Positions 1 through 13,085 of a stretch of 64,000 nt of DNA are shown piece by piece. The translations under genes were made by a program, and so were the position numbers. The notes under the pieces were generated by a model, which did no database searches, was not told the DNA's origin, and saw only the letters and a program-made list of their open reading frames with translations. Numbering within the stretch: position 1 is the stretch's first letter; each line of letters opens with the position of its first letter. The stretch comes from the human T2T-CHM13v2.0 reference genome, Homo sapiens. The stretch lies in assembly GCF_009914755.1 (NCBI RefSeq), contig NC_060925.1; one strand, given 5' to 3'.

Positions 1-95
1 CCTGAGAAGTCGAGGCTGCAGTGAGCGAGACTGAGCTACTACACTCCAGCTTGGGCGGCAGAGCGAGACCCTGTCTAAAAAAAAAAAAAAAAAAA
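1..95 (+). mobile_element. Alu 3' end with poly(A) tail, truncated by window edge
   Basis: GAGGCTGCAGTGAGC...CACTCCAGCTTGGGCGGCAGAGCGAGACCCTGTCT followed by an A-run. Confidence 0.9.
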
Positions 96-236
96 TCAGA
101 CACATGTTCACTTGCTGCAATAAAAGTTTCCCTTCCCTCTTGTTTCCCATGGCCCCTCTCCTCAAGGATAACCTCTCTCTCTCTCTCTTTTTTTTTTCTA
201 CAATTAATAGAAATGGCTGCGTTTTATCAAATCTAG

Positions 237-670
237 TGTGTACCCTTGACATTATGTGATAAAATGGCACTACATCTCTGTTGTCTTTAAAAAACCCATA
301 CCATAGTCCAATCATGAGAGAAACATCGGACAAATCCCAACTGAGGGACATTTTCCGAAAGACCTGACCAGTACTCCTCAAAACTGTCAAGGTGATCAAA
401 AACTCAAAAACCAGGAAAGTCTGAGAAACTGTCACCGCTAAGGGAGCCTCAAGAGACTAAATGTAATATGGCATCCTGAACGGGATCCTAGAACAGAAAC
501 AGGACATTAGATTAAAACTAAGGACATCTGGGTAAAGTATGGGCTTTAGTTAAGAGTAATGTATCAATATTGGTTCATTAATTCTGATGAATGTACCATA
601 ATAATATATTAATTGAGAAACTTCACAATTTTTCTGTAAATCTAAAACTGTGCTAGCAAGTCCATTAAAT
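237..670 (+). mobile_element. Old L1 3' end (L1MC4-like)
   Basis: GACAAATCCCAACTGAGGGACATT...GACCAGTACTCCTCAAAACTGTCAAGG...GGAAAGTCTGAGAAACTGTCAC resembles the recalled L1MC 3'UTR; the same motif occurs inverted at ~3350-4360 and ~25890-26950. Confidence 0.7.
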
Positions 671-2789
671 TTTTTTTATTCTTTAAATTTTTAAAAAAAG
701 TTCTATTCCATTACCACCTACAAAGGTCTGTTAAGATTAATGAAAGATTTATAACCTAAAGTTGCAAAATGCTTCCACAAAATGAAAGACAAAGTAACTG
801 GATCCAGAGCAGACACTGTGGGTGGACACTGGGTTTCATGCCCTTTGGCCTCAGCCTGGCTCAGGTGGGCATTGCTAGCAGGAGCGTGCCTGTGGGGTGG
901 ACCTGCTCACCGTTCTCAGGTGTGTTCAGCCTGGGTGAGGTTTAGAGCAAATCAAGAGAGACCTGTGTGGAGAGAAGACAACTTCCTTGAGGCCTCTCCA
1001 TCCCCCCATCCTCATCCTCTACCTCTGTTCCTCCCACACACCCTGCATCCCCTACCATACTCTTTCCTATAAGCAGCAGCCTTCAATATATACATAGAGA
1101 TTTTGATTGTAAAAATATTTGCCTGCCTGGATCCAGAGAAGCTGCAGTCGACCCCAGGTACCACAGATATGAAGGGGACCAGGGCTTTTTCCCACCAGAA
1201 ATGGTTTTATTCACAGAAAAAGTGTCAGATACCTTTTAAGTGGCCCTTCAAGATGGACTTCATAAACTGCTTTCATTTCAAAGCGTCTCATGTTGTTCTT
1301 CTGGGGTGTTAGACTATGACAAATGCGTATAGGTGGGGATACCGGTCAGCATCATCTCTATCACTCTGAGAAATTACATTTGAAAGAAATCTCCTGGAAG
1401 GTGTGATTACCTTGACCAGACAAGGCCATGGAACACATCCAACCTCATGAGATACACCTGCTAACTGGTGTGGATTTAGCATTAGGGGACTCCAGGTCTG
1501 CTACACAGAGGCCTCTGATGTTGCCCAGATTCCGCTTTAACCACCGATTCCTGCAGGCTAGTGGCAATATTTTTCGAGTCATTAGAGCTGAGGTTCTTTC
1601 CTCTGGCATGATGCCAGCAGACAGTGGCATGGAGCAGACGACCAGGAAATTGATTAGCATCATTGAAACCCCGCTTGGCAATAACTCTTCAAATTCCCTA
1701 AAACATATTCTGGAAGAATTGCCCTCCAGAAAATAAAAAGGTGAGAGCCACAGTTGGAACTGAAACCCCAGGAATCTTCAAAGTGTGTGGGCAGGCCTGG
1801 TACTGCAGGAGCTTGGCTGCAGCTTGGGGGCTTCTAAGGGAGCTGGTGTGAGAGGTCTTGTCCTTTTTTAAGGCCAAACAAAACAAAGCAGCCAAACAGG
1901 GCTCTTTCCACCTCTTTGCTGTGCTGTGGTATGTCTCCCATCATGACTTCCATGGACTGGGGTCCCAGAAGCACTTGCTTGCCACAGTTTATTTTGTTTC
2001 TGGGTTAGATGGGACCCATGGCCTCCCCTTTGCCTATTAGCATCTCAGTGCAGCCATTCTTGCCTTTGGGACAAGCCTCAGTTCTTTATAAAGAGCACTG
2101 GCTTCTATCTGAACAGACCATCCCACCCTGTGGGCTGCCCAGCAGGTAGGCCTGCTGCTGCCGTCTGGTCGTTAAGTGTTCAGGGGGACCTTCAATTGGG
2201 AAAGGCCTGAAGCTGGCCTCAGTGGCACAGTAATTGGAGGCTCCCAGCAGCTGTGCAGACAATGCTGCACATTCCAGGGCAAGATACTTCATAGGAGCCT
2301 CCTCCTCTTGAAGCTGTGACATGTGCCTGTCTTGTGGGCCAACAGCCCCCCGACTCACTGAACAGATTCCCTGACCACTTCTTGCTGTCTTCCTGCAAAA
2401 TGTGGCTTCCCTATACAGTTCCCCATACAGCTGAGCACCACAAAAGTGACAGGGTCCTGCTAGTCCCTGGGGAGAAGCAGATGCTTAAGACGAGGCACTG
2501 TGCCACCTGATGCATGTCCTTCCCACACATCGTCATCACCTGGCCCACCCTAAACTCAAAGTCGGCTTGCTAGAGCCATTCAAAGCCCCTGATGGGGGGA
2601 TGAGGAAGGAATAAACAAAGAAAAGAGTGTTCTGAACACATAGGGCAGACAGCTAATTTCTAATATACCAAAGCTCTTACAAATGAATAAGGAAAAGATT
2701 AACAGCGCCCTAGAACAATGGGGAAAGACTGAAGACTCAAGAAATACAAATGGCCATTTAATATATAAGAGAACTGAAAGTTTGCTAAT

Positions 2790-2950
2790 TGCTGTAGACC
2801 GAGTGTTTGTATCCTCCCTTCTTTCATAGGTTGAAACCTAATCCCTGATGAGATGGCTTTTGGAGGCAACTTTGGGAGGTGATTAGGTCATGAGGGCAGA
2901 GCCTCATGGATGGAATTAGGGCCCTTAGGAAAGACGGCCCAGAGAACTTC
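2790..2950 (+). mobile_element. MLT1A-like MaLR LTR fragment
   Basis: GTTGAAACCTAATCCC...TTTGGGAGGTGATTAGGTCATGAGGGCAGAGCCTCATG. Confidence 0.7.
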
Positions 2951-3349
2951 CTTGGCCCTTGCCCGTTTCCCTGTTTAACACCTCTCCCACACTTGACTGC
3001 ACATGGTGTAGGCAGGAGCACTCACGCCGCGCTCATCCTGGTCCCCTGGCTGTGCCTGGCACAGAGGCTGTGCTTAGTGAGTATCTGAGGAATGGATGTG
3101 GAGTCAGCCCCTGTGAACCGAGACTCCAAACAGAGCCCGATCAATTTTCAGTTCTGCTTTTGTAAGTCAGCAGTGGGAACAGGGTTTTATTTGGAACGAG
3201 AGCTCCTGGGTAAGAGAGGGGAGAAGCCTCACACACAGACCTGGCCGGCCTCTGTGGAAATGATGTCTGGACATGCCTGAGTATCTGTCACGAACTGTGG
3301 TAATAAGAAGGAACATGGGCCTAGGAGTGGCAGCACTTTAAATAAAATA

Positions 3350-4360
3350 AACTTTATATTTTATAAAAGTTTTACATTACAGAAAAATTAGGCAGATAGT
3401 ACCGAGAGTCCCACAGACTCCACACCTAGTTTCACCTTTTATCAACATCTTATGCTATTAACATCTGTTACAATTAATGAACCGATATGGATACATTCTT
3501 ATGAACTCAAGTCCATACTTTCTTCAGACATCCTTAGTTTTTACGCGATGTCCTTTTCTGTTCCCAGATCCCACCCTACACATCTCTGTAGGCTCCTCTG
3601 GGCTGTGACAGCTACTCAGACTTTCCTTGTTTTCGCTGACTTTCGTGAGGGGTACTGGTCGTGTGTTTTGAAGAATGTTCCTCAGTTGGGATTTGCCTGA
3701 TGTTTCTCTCATGATGAGACTTGGATTTTGGGTCTTGGTTTTTGGGAGGAAGACCACAGAAGAAACACCATTTTCATCACGTTTTATCACAGTACATACT
3801 GTCAACAGGACTTAATCTTATGTTGATGTTGATCACCTGTCAAAGATCGTGTTTGGCAGGTTCATCCACTGTCAATTTACCCTTTCCCCTTCCTTTACAT
3901 ATTGTATGCCTTGGAAAAAGTCATTCCATGGAGCCCACACTGCAGGAGTGAGAGTTAGGTGTCGCCTTCTTAAGGGTGGAGTATCTTCATAAGGTTTGGA
4001 ATTATTCTCCACAGGAGATTGTTTCTTCTCGTCCAATTATTGATTCATTCAATTATGCATTGATATCATAGGAACTCATTGATATTTATTTTATATTTTG
4101 GGTTATTAATCAATACTACTTTATTTTGTGGCTCAAATAGTTTCCCATTGTGGCCATTGGCTGCTCTGTAGCAGGCTCCTGTCGTGTCTTTTTGTTGTTG
4201 TTCAGCACTTCCTTACGTTCTGGTTCTGGCACTACAGGACGCTCTGAGCTCACATTGTATATTTTGTTTCAGTCCCAGAATCAACAATCAGCCATTTCTC
4301 CAAAAAGGTCTAGTTCTTTTTGCAGGGATTGGCTTTAGAAACCAAGATCTAGACACAAAG
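3350..4360 (-). mobile_element. L1MC-like 3' end inside duplication copy 1
   Basis: Reverse complement of the motif at 237-670 (GGCTGTGACAG...CAGACTTTCCTTG...GTACTGGTC...GGGATTTGCCTGATGTTTCTCTCATGAT). Confidence 0.7.
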
Positions 4361-4866
4361 TGTGCTTGGTTTCGAGCAGTAGGAGTGGAGAGGGGGATTT
4401 TCCATCTACAGACACAGATGCCACCTAAGTCCATAAGGTCTTATCATTTGCCTGCTTTGTTGGACATGAGCAGACTTTAAGGGCACAGATGGGTCAGAAA
4501 TTCATCACAAACATCTTTAGAAGGGAATGAGAGTGGCTGAAGTAAAAGCCACTGAAGGAAATGTTATTTGGTCCTCCCAAAATATGAAAAAGTTAATGAA
4601 TTCAGCAAAGAAAACATAGAGTCTGTTGTTTGCTACTGGACAAGCTCAGTAATAGTTGTCCTAGTGCAGATGTTATTGTAAAGGTGCGTTGAGAAAAGCA
4701 ATCAAGATTGTATTGGGAGTGTAGGACAAGAACAAGCGCTTTGGGGCCAGAGTGACCTAGGTTTGAATCCTTACTGTTATTTATCTGTCTAGGATGTTGG
4801 ACAAATCACTGCTTCTCTAAGCCTCACTTTCTCACCTGTGAAGTAGACATAATGATCATAATGTTT

Positions 4867-4961
4867 GGGGTTTTGTACATAGCAGAGCAGCTCCCTTGCT
4901 GTGATCTATTGAAACTCAGCCCTTGACACAAGGGTTTGTAAAAGAAAAAAGAAGAAAAGAA
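4867..4961 (+). pseudogene. Retroposed 3'-terminal fragment of 28S rRNA with A-rich tail (SINE28/LSU-rRNA type)
   Basis: GGGGTTTTGTACATAGCAGAGCAGCTCCCTTGCTGTGATCTATTGAAACTCAGCCCTTGACACAAGGGTTTGT matches the last ~73 nt of mammalian 28S rRNA, differing mostly by CpG decay; A-rich tail at 4940-4961; lies inside a MIR. Confidence 0.9.
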
Positions 4962-5565
4962 ATAATAGAGTTGTTTGAGGATTCATGAGATGCATATCAA
5001 GTGTGTAGCCTCAGCCCCTGGCACATAGTAAGTGCTTAATAAATGTCAACTGTCTGATATATGGCCGGGGGCCCCTAGGCCAGGAAACACCTAAGCAGAT
5101 GTCTGAGGCCCATAAGGCCTGTTGGACACCTGCACATATTATGTTAGAAGAACAGATTTTGGCTTTTTGTAGAGACTGCTTTAGGAGATGGCTCAAAACT
5201 AATTTAAGCCCAAATACAGGAACACCCAGGCAGAGCAATTAGCAGTAGATATTTTTCCTAGATTGGGGTGGGGATGCTGCTTTATTGCTTAGATTCTGAT
5301 AAATGGACCTGTTTGTTCCAGTCTTTTAGATAGAAATGTATAATTTACTCTGCTTATCCATTTGCTTAGGTTTAATGACATTTCATTCTGATGAGTGAAG
5401 AATCTACTGTGTTTACGGAGGGAAAAATGCCTTATAGATATACATTTACATTTTTCTTTCATTGTAAATGGATTTTAGTGGCTCCTATTTTAAAATACAA
5501 AAGTGAGTTGGCTGAGGAATTAGTGGGGGTATCTCTCCTCAGGTGTCTCCTATCCTCAAGGAGAG

Positions 5566-5710
5566 GTTTTTTTTTTTAATTTAAAAATTTTAGGAAGGAC
5601 AGGGTCTTGCTCTGTTGCCCAGGCTGGTCTTGAACTCCTGGCCTCAAGCAGTCCTCCCGCCTCTGCCTCCTAAAGTGCTGGAATTACAGGTGTGAGCCAC
5701 CGAGCCGGCC
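5566..5710 (-). mobile_element. FLAM (free left Alu monomer)
   Basis: T-rich tail, then ACAGGGTCTTGCTCTGTTGCCCAGGCTGGTCTTGAACTCCTGGCCTCAAGC...GAGCCACCGAGCCGGCC; monomer only; absent from duplication copy 2. Confidence 0.85.
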
Positions 5711-5749
5711 AATAATTTTATTCTGAAATAAAATTTGGTAAACGCAGAG

Positions 5750-5763
5750 CCACGAGGGGGCGC
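5750..5763 (+). promoter_or_regulatory. CTCF consensus motif, copy 1
   Basis: CCACGAGGGGGCGC fits the CTCF core consensus, with CpGs retained. Confidence 0.7.
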
Positions 5764-7628
5764 CCTGGACTCTGGCCTGGTGGTAAATCCAGCACCTTCA
5801 CAAAGGAGGAAGGATCTCCTAGATGCGGGGTTTGGAATGAAATAGGATCATTGGCTGAACATCTGCCGGGCACCTCACTGGGCACGCACAGGGCCTCACT
5901 TACTCAACGCAGACACTCCCTGAAGTGGGTGCTTGTGCCCCATTGTGATGAGCTCACAGGCTCAGGCAAGTTCAGCAATCTGTCCAGGGTCACTAAGGTA
6001 ATAAGTGGGAAATGAGATTCAGACCCAATTCTGTGCAGTTCTAAAGCCTGGGCTTTCCCAGGCCAGCTGACTAAGGCTTCGGCCCATGTGGGGAGGGCTT
6101 GATACCTGGAAGGTGCTGGTCAGCGCGGAAGCGAGGCTGATGGGCGCGTGTCCTCGGGACGAGGGTCACAGGCATCTGCCAACCAGGGAGGTGTTTGAAG
6201 CCGGGGTTAGGGAGTCTCGGGATGTTCCTGAATGTGGGACAAACAGTCTCTCACCGTGACCATCTCGGAGTCTGTGTCCAGCAACAGCCCTTGTGGTTGG
6301 GAAGAGACTTTGTTAATGGGAAGAGGGTGTCCTGATTCTCTGGCTTGGTACCTGTTCCCAGAGATGGGTGACTTTTATTGTAAATGAGGGACTTGGCATT
6401 CTGCTTTGTATATAATCTCGACTTAATTTTGTCACCATGAATGTGTCACTAGGAATTATTAAATTTGTAAGAATGTAAAGTTTTTGAGCCTGAAGCAATG
6501 AGGATAAGACGGTGGACTTTGAAAATCTCTCTCTGAGAGGTAGTGTCTTGGGGGAATTAGTGCTCCTGAAAACAGGGATGAGAAGCTGTGGCCCTGGGGA
6601 GCTAATGGGGGGTCAGGAACCAGGAAGGTGATGTTTATCAGGATGGGGAGAGAGGGCTGGAAGAGCATCAGGAGCAAGATAAGGGCAACAAACGCTTTCC
6701 GAGCATTAATCTGAGGTTAAAATTATCGTCCCCATTTTACACATGATGAAACTGATGCTTAGAGAAGTTACATAATTTGATTAGGATCAAACAGCTAATA
6801 TTTGGCAAGGCTGGGACCTGAACCTGGTTTTCCAGATGCCGGTACCCAGTCACTTTCCATAATGCCAAATGGCTTCTCAGAAACTCAACACCTCTTCCCT
6901 AAGTGCTTTCCCTGTTTTCCTCAAATCCAGGAACTGTTGGTCTTTTGGGCAATTCTGAGCACAGCCACTAAGTGGCGACATTGCCCGACTATGGCTCAGC
7001 CCTGTTTCTCCGGGGAAGAATAGGGGAGGGGAGGGGAGGGAGTCGGAGTTGCCCTGTTGTGTGTTGTGCTGTGTGTGGGGCTTTCTTCTATCTATTTAGT
7101 CCTCCCAGCAACCCTGCAGAGGAGGTATTATCTCATTTTCCAGATGAGGCCATTGAGGATCTGCTGGATGACAGAGCTTAGCGGTAGAAGCAGGAATGGA
7201 ATCAACGTCCAGTTGGATTCCAAGTCCTGTCTCCAAGCATGCTGGGCTCCCAAAGGAAAAGCCTTTCTGTGCCCTCAGACTACACAGTCTTGTGGGGAAG
7301 TGGACAGTGGGGACCCCACGTGAGTTTTAGGCTGGGACAGCCTAGCAGTGAAGGAGGAGGCTGGGTGAGGAGTAACCAAGCCTTAGCTTTGGTGATTGAT
7401 GGGAAGAATTGGGTTCTGAGGTGGAAATCAATTACAGTTACAATCTGCTGTGTGGATCCCCTAGAGTGCTGCTCTACTGGAGACCAACATTCCATCCCTC
7501 AGCAAGTTTCTCCTTCTGCTTGGGAAGAGGCTGTGTTTTCTTCCCGATGAAATGGTTGGCTGGTGTTGAGGGGCCATGCTATATGAAAAATGTGTCCTGC
7601 ATATTTAATTATTAGATCCACTCACAGA

Positions 7629-7827
7629 CAGTGTGTGCTGGAGCCAGCTGGAGCCGGCTTGTGAGCTGGTTTTGTGCATCTCCTCCCAAATCTGTGTTCA
7701 TAGTCATGATGTTGGTGGTTGTAATTAGACAGAGTGGGAATATTTACACCATGGAAATTAGCAATTACTAGAAACCAGGGCTTTTTCCTCCTGTGGAGCC
7801 AGTGGTTAAACTGCTACCTGCTCACTG
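7629..7827. mobile_element. MER63-like hAT DNA transposon (partial paralog at ~32546-32728)
   Basis: CAGTGTGTGCTGGAGCC...GGGAATATTTACACCATGGAAAT...GGTTAAAC...CACTG, with CAGTG/CACTG termini. Confidence 0.7.
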
Positions 7828-10310
7828 CTGCCCACCAGGCAGCAGAAGGTGCACATCTGAGAGGCAGGCGAGAGCAGAGAGATGGACCAGGGGCACCATG
7901 GATTTGCGGCTCCCATGTCATACTTACTTTGGGATCTGAGTAGAATTGCTGCACATTTAAATGGATATTTTCCCGCCTCTCATATTTTTTTGCTGAGGGC
8001 AAATAACTGCATTTGAGAAGTTCAACCTGCATTTGATGCGCCTCCTCTGGCAAGCAAGATGGCTGATGCTGGAGTGTGTCTTGGGGCCCAGCCCTGAGCT
8101 GGAGCCCTGCAGGCTCCTAAGGAGGTGGGCACCACACAGCCAGGGTGGGCTGCTGTGTCAGCTATGGAACAATAGCACACACCTGACTGCTCAGGGCTGC
8201 CTGAGAACATTTAAGGGAGAGGAGCTCTCCTTCATTTTACCACAGAACGTGGGCCCCTTGTGGGCTGAGATGTCTGTCAGAAGGGGAGGTGCTGAGTGAG
8301 GCTGTGCTCTCTTTGAAACCACCTAGGGGCTCAGTGACAGCAGCAGGTGGTGACTGGACAGGAAGGGAAGTCTCCTCCAGTGCCAGGCTCAGGTGTGCTC
8401 AGTAAATATGTGCTGCATGACAATCAGAGCAGGCTGCCGCCTGTAGCCTAGATGGAAGCTGCTTGTCTTGTTCCCGAGCATACATGACACCCTCAGGGTC
8501 TTCATGGACAACAGCTAAGAGTGCTGGGAGAGCCCAGAGCATCTAATTCACCTGGGGCAGGTCAGGGACGGCTCCCCAGGGCCAGGTGAGCTGCATGTGG
8601 AAGGGGCAGCAGACGTTTGATAGGGGATGGCAGGGAAGGCTCTTACTCAGGCACTGGGTGCAGGTGGGCAGACTGGAGGCTGACGGGGCATCCTTCTGTG
8701 GTCCATAAGGAATGGGGCTAACCCCTGTAAATGAGGAGTTGTTTTCCCAGTGAACAGCTCCTGCTGGGCTCTCCCTTTCCTCTGTGCCCCATCGAGAGGG
8801 GGCTCAAAGGTCTGTGGGCACGTTCTGGGGTTGCAGTTGGGATCTGCAGAGACCACAGGCTTCCCTGGGGGGTGGAGCAGCTGTGACCTGAGTCCCTGGT
8901 GGGTTTGGAGGTTGGACTGGGTGATGTGGCCTGTCCTCCTCCTCTGCTGGATGAAAGAGAGATTCTGGAAACCAAGAACTGAGAAGGAACTCTTGAGATA
9001 AAGGAAGTCCTGCAGAAAGGCACCTGTCTGCTGTGGTTGGAGTGCGAATGTCACCAACACACTGACGTTGGGCGGGAGCTGGCCCTACCATAGGCCCAAG
9101 CTGTCTCTCCATCAGTGGGGCCTTTCCCAGGTTCAAAAGGTAACGTAGTTGGCATGATTGAGGTGGCGAAGACTAGGATGAAAACACCTTGTGAAATGAG
9201 ACCATGAGCCCCGAGGGAGGAGGGCAGGGCTGGCCACCTCCACCTTAGAGTATGAGGGTCCCCAGTGAGACCACCGAGGCTTTTCAGGCCAGCATGTGTG
9301 CAGGGCTGTGCTGGGCGTGAGGCAGTGCAGGCCTGTTTGTGACTGGCAGAGTGTAGACGGAGGTGGCTGTGGTTGGTCCAGGGCCGCCTTGGGGCCCAGA
9401 GGCTCTGGATATGGAGCCACAGGCCTTGGTTCCTCTTCCTGGGGGTGGTATGAGGGAGGTGAGATGCCGCCTGGGACAGGCCTGGCCTCCCTCTCCCTTG
9501 GTGTGGCTCCTCAAGGTCTGAAGTCATCCTAGTGTGGCAGACTCACTTCACTGAGAGGGGACTTGAATTTGGAAAGACCATTGGTTTGGGAGGCCAGGGA
9601 CCTGGTCCGAGGCCTGGCTCTGGCCAGTTACTCACTTTCCACACCTTGGGTTTACCAGCTCATCTCTTTGCAACCTCAGTTTCCTCATCTGTAAAATGAG
9701 AAAGTGATCATAATGATACCCATGTGCCCCTCACAGGTGACATGCCCCAATGTGACCATGGGTCAGACTCTCCCCATTCTTACCCCATGGAACTTAGTTC
9801 AGGGCAGGCACCTGTCTCATTGCCACGGACACAGGGGCCCAGTTCAGTGACCTGAGCATAGGACCTCTCATCAGCTGCCTTTGGGGGCTCCTGACCCCCA
9901 GAATATTTTTCTCTGGCTGCTCAGCTTCATGAGGTGAAGGTAGTTTCCAATTGTCTCACAAAGAATGGTGAGGCTTTTGACATTTTCTCTTTTTTGTTAT
10001 AGTAAATAAATTACATAAGATATATTAGTTCCTTATGGCCTTCATACCAACACAGGTCAGATAGAGAATTTCATATTCCGTTTTCCATTACATCTTTTAG
10101 TGGCAGACGACAGCATCCTCTTTAGCTTTTTTCTTTAGGAGAAAATGTATTATGAAAACATACATTTTAGTTCCATGATTTTTTGGTAGAATGAAAGAAA
10201 CAAACTCATGCCAGAGATTCCAGAAATGGTGTCCAGAGCCACAATGCAGAATTGGGCTGTGGAGAGAGCTGCCGCCTGTGCCGTGGACAGAAAGAAAACT
10301 GCAAGGTCAG

Positions 10311-10717
<407 letters not shown>

Positions 10718-12247
10718 TCAGCTGAAATGTGTCTGAAAAATGTAGTTTTGAGCTTTTCATCTCCTGCAGTACAGGAAGGCATCCTAGGTCAGGGGCATAA
10801 TGGGTGTTGGATGAGCCTGTTTATAAAGGGAATGTGCCAGCTTGCCCTCAGAGATCTGCCTGAGCTTGGTTTGATCCCTGGCCAGGGCTTGACACAATGA
10901 AGCCTCCCTATGCTTCTGAAAATGTCCAACTTTACTGTCTCATAGTCCCCCACTTTCTTTCCGTCCCAGTCTAACCCTTCACACCTGCACCCACACCTGC
11001 TGTCTTGGCTCTGTTCTGCCCTGGTTTCCAAGAAAAAACCCAGTGGATCCAAGAAGGTGCTTGGTCATTGACTTCACTGCAGCTCTGGGTCTATCTCAGG
11101 GAGGCATCAGATCTCATTGGCCATAGACAGGCTTCCCCTCTTTGCTGTCACTTTCATGTCTGCCTCCTTCCACAGCCTGAGTCCTGACACAGGACCACCC
11201 TCCTGCCTGTGATGCCCTCTGGGCTGGGTGACTCAGTGACCCTTCCTCTAATTAGTTCTCTGAGGGAGCAGCCCGGCCAGGCTTGGTTCCCGTCACGCTG
11301 AGATCCTGAGGGTGAGCGCAGATGAGCTGCCCAGATTTTGATTCCACATAGGAAGGATATTCTAACTCTAGAACTTGTGGACTGCCTTTTGCAGTAACTT
11401 CCCCATTACCAGGTAGGGGAGTGAGAATCAAACCAGTCTTGAATATCTTCTCTCCTGGGAATCTGTGGAGCAGTTCTGGGTGAGAGCACAGAGTGCACTC
11501 AAGGTGACGTGCTTGGGGACACACAGTGGGATGGGAGAGTGGCTGTGATGTCAGCGATGAGTCCTGAGCTTGTGGTCAGGAGTCCAGACCCTGTGCCTTG
11601 ATTAGCTGTGTGACCTTTCACAGGTTCATAAGCCCTCTGAGGTTTGGGTTTCACATCCATTAAATGGATTTAATACCCAGAAACCTACCTTGAGGTGGTC
11701 ATGGGGTCAGGCCTGCAGCTCCAGCCTTGGGGGTGTTCTGCCTGTGCAGCCATCGGGGAAGACCAGGTGGGGAAAAGGAGGCGGTGCCTTGGGGTTAGGA
11801 AAATGATACTGCTCCCCCAGGGTAACGGAAGGGGGAACTCACAGATGTTGTGGTGTATCTAGGTCTGGAGAGAAGAGGCTCAGCAGGAGGTGGAGAGTTT
11901 AAGGCAGCTGAGGCTGTGGCAGAGGGAGTATGCAGCTCTCTGTCCTGCAGGAGCAGGGCTGGGAGGAACTTACAGGGGAAGTCATGGTTCAATCCAGCCA
12001 TGGCTGAATGGCTTTCTGTAGACTGTCAGCTTCTGTGGGGGTCTGTCCTTACCCTGAGTGTATAGAAAGGTGACTAGCACTAGTGGGAACTGAGAAACCA
12101 TATGGCCACCAGCAAAAGGTAAATGCCAGGATTTGCAATGGGGATGTGGGGAGTTTACACCATCCACGAGAACTTTGTTCTTTTGCCCATAGCTTCTTAC
12201 TTAGGCAACCGACAGTTGAAGTTTTTGGAAAATCTAAACAGAAATCT

Positions 12248-12530
12248 GGCTGGGCACGGTGGCTCATGCCTGTGATTCCAGCACTTTGGAAGGCCAAGAA
12301 AGGTGGATTGCTTGAGCTCAGGAGTTCAAGACCAGCCTGGGCCACATGGCAAAACCCCATCTCTACAGAAATTAGCTGGGAGTGGTGGTGCCTCAGTTAC
12401 TTGGCGGGGCTGAGGCGGGAGGATCGATGGGCCCAGGAGGTTGAGGCTGCAGTGAGACAAGGTTGCACCGCTGCACTCCAGTCTGGGTGACAAAGTGAGA
12501 CCCTGTCTCAAAAAAATAAAAAAGAAGAAA
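12248..12530 (+). mobile_element. AluJ
   Basis: GGCTGGGCACGGTGGCTCATG...GGATTGCTTGAGCTCAGGAG...GACCCTGTCTC plus A tail. Confidence 0.9.
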
Positions 12531-13013
12531 TTTAATTTACTAAATAAGGCAGTGACAAAGGAAAGCCACTGAACTCAGGAGTGGCATAGCCCAGCCTTGC
12601 TGTAAGAGGGTGACTTCTGTGCCTGCCCATAGGCTGATACTGGTCACCAGGGCCACCTGGGGCAGAGCTGTGAACCCAGGGAAGCATCAGGGGAGGGTGT
12701 GTGTGAGAACACCAAGCTGGCTGTGCCCGCAGGGACGGGACAGTCTAACAAACTGCCAGGAACATCACAGAGTGAGGTTGTACTTTCATTTCTTCTGCAA
12801 TTACTTATTGAGTGTGTGTGGTACTGTAGGGACTGGGAGGGGATGAAAGAGCTGAATGGCTTTCTCTAGACTGGTGGCTGTCTCCCCAGTAGTAACTTGC
12901 TAGCCCCACCCTTAAAGTGGGGAAGGGCTCCTGTGCTCAAACTTGTCCTTCCCTCTTGCCTTCGTTTCTTCCTATGTTTCTTCTGCAGCTGAACAAGCAG
13001 CAGGCAGCCTGCC

Positions 13014-13085
13014 ATGGGGCCCTGCTCTGGGGCCAGTCCCTCTGCTGGGACTCAGGGCTCCTGGGATTCATCAGTCTCCTCCTCA
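13014..13085 (+). pseudogene. Gene A exon 1: signal peptide with -1 frameshift
   Basis: Kozak GCCATGG at 13011-13017; donor CTCA|GTGAGT at 13085/13086. The 72 nt give phase 0, but the IgV exon needs phase 1. Adding 1 nt restores MGPCSGxQSLCWDSGLLGFISLLL-S, which joins to VCST. Confidence 0.75.

Larger units (their letters stand above)
2960..10030 (+). repeat. Segmental duplication copy 1 (direct repeat of ~25490-35190)
   Basis: Collinear homology by eye; paired ORFs in the track (3092/25473, 3452/25993, 6972/31943, 7057/32028, 7239/32210, 9296/34393). Confidence 0.95.

Noticed and set aside
11330-11400. Minus-strand PSYVE word sharing 14 nt with the gene C YxxI exon
   Set aside because: The similarity does not extend, and there is no donor at the equivalent position.
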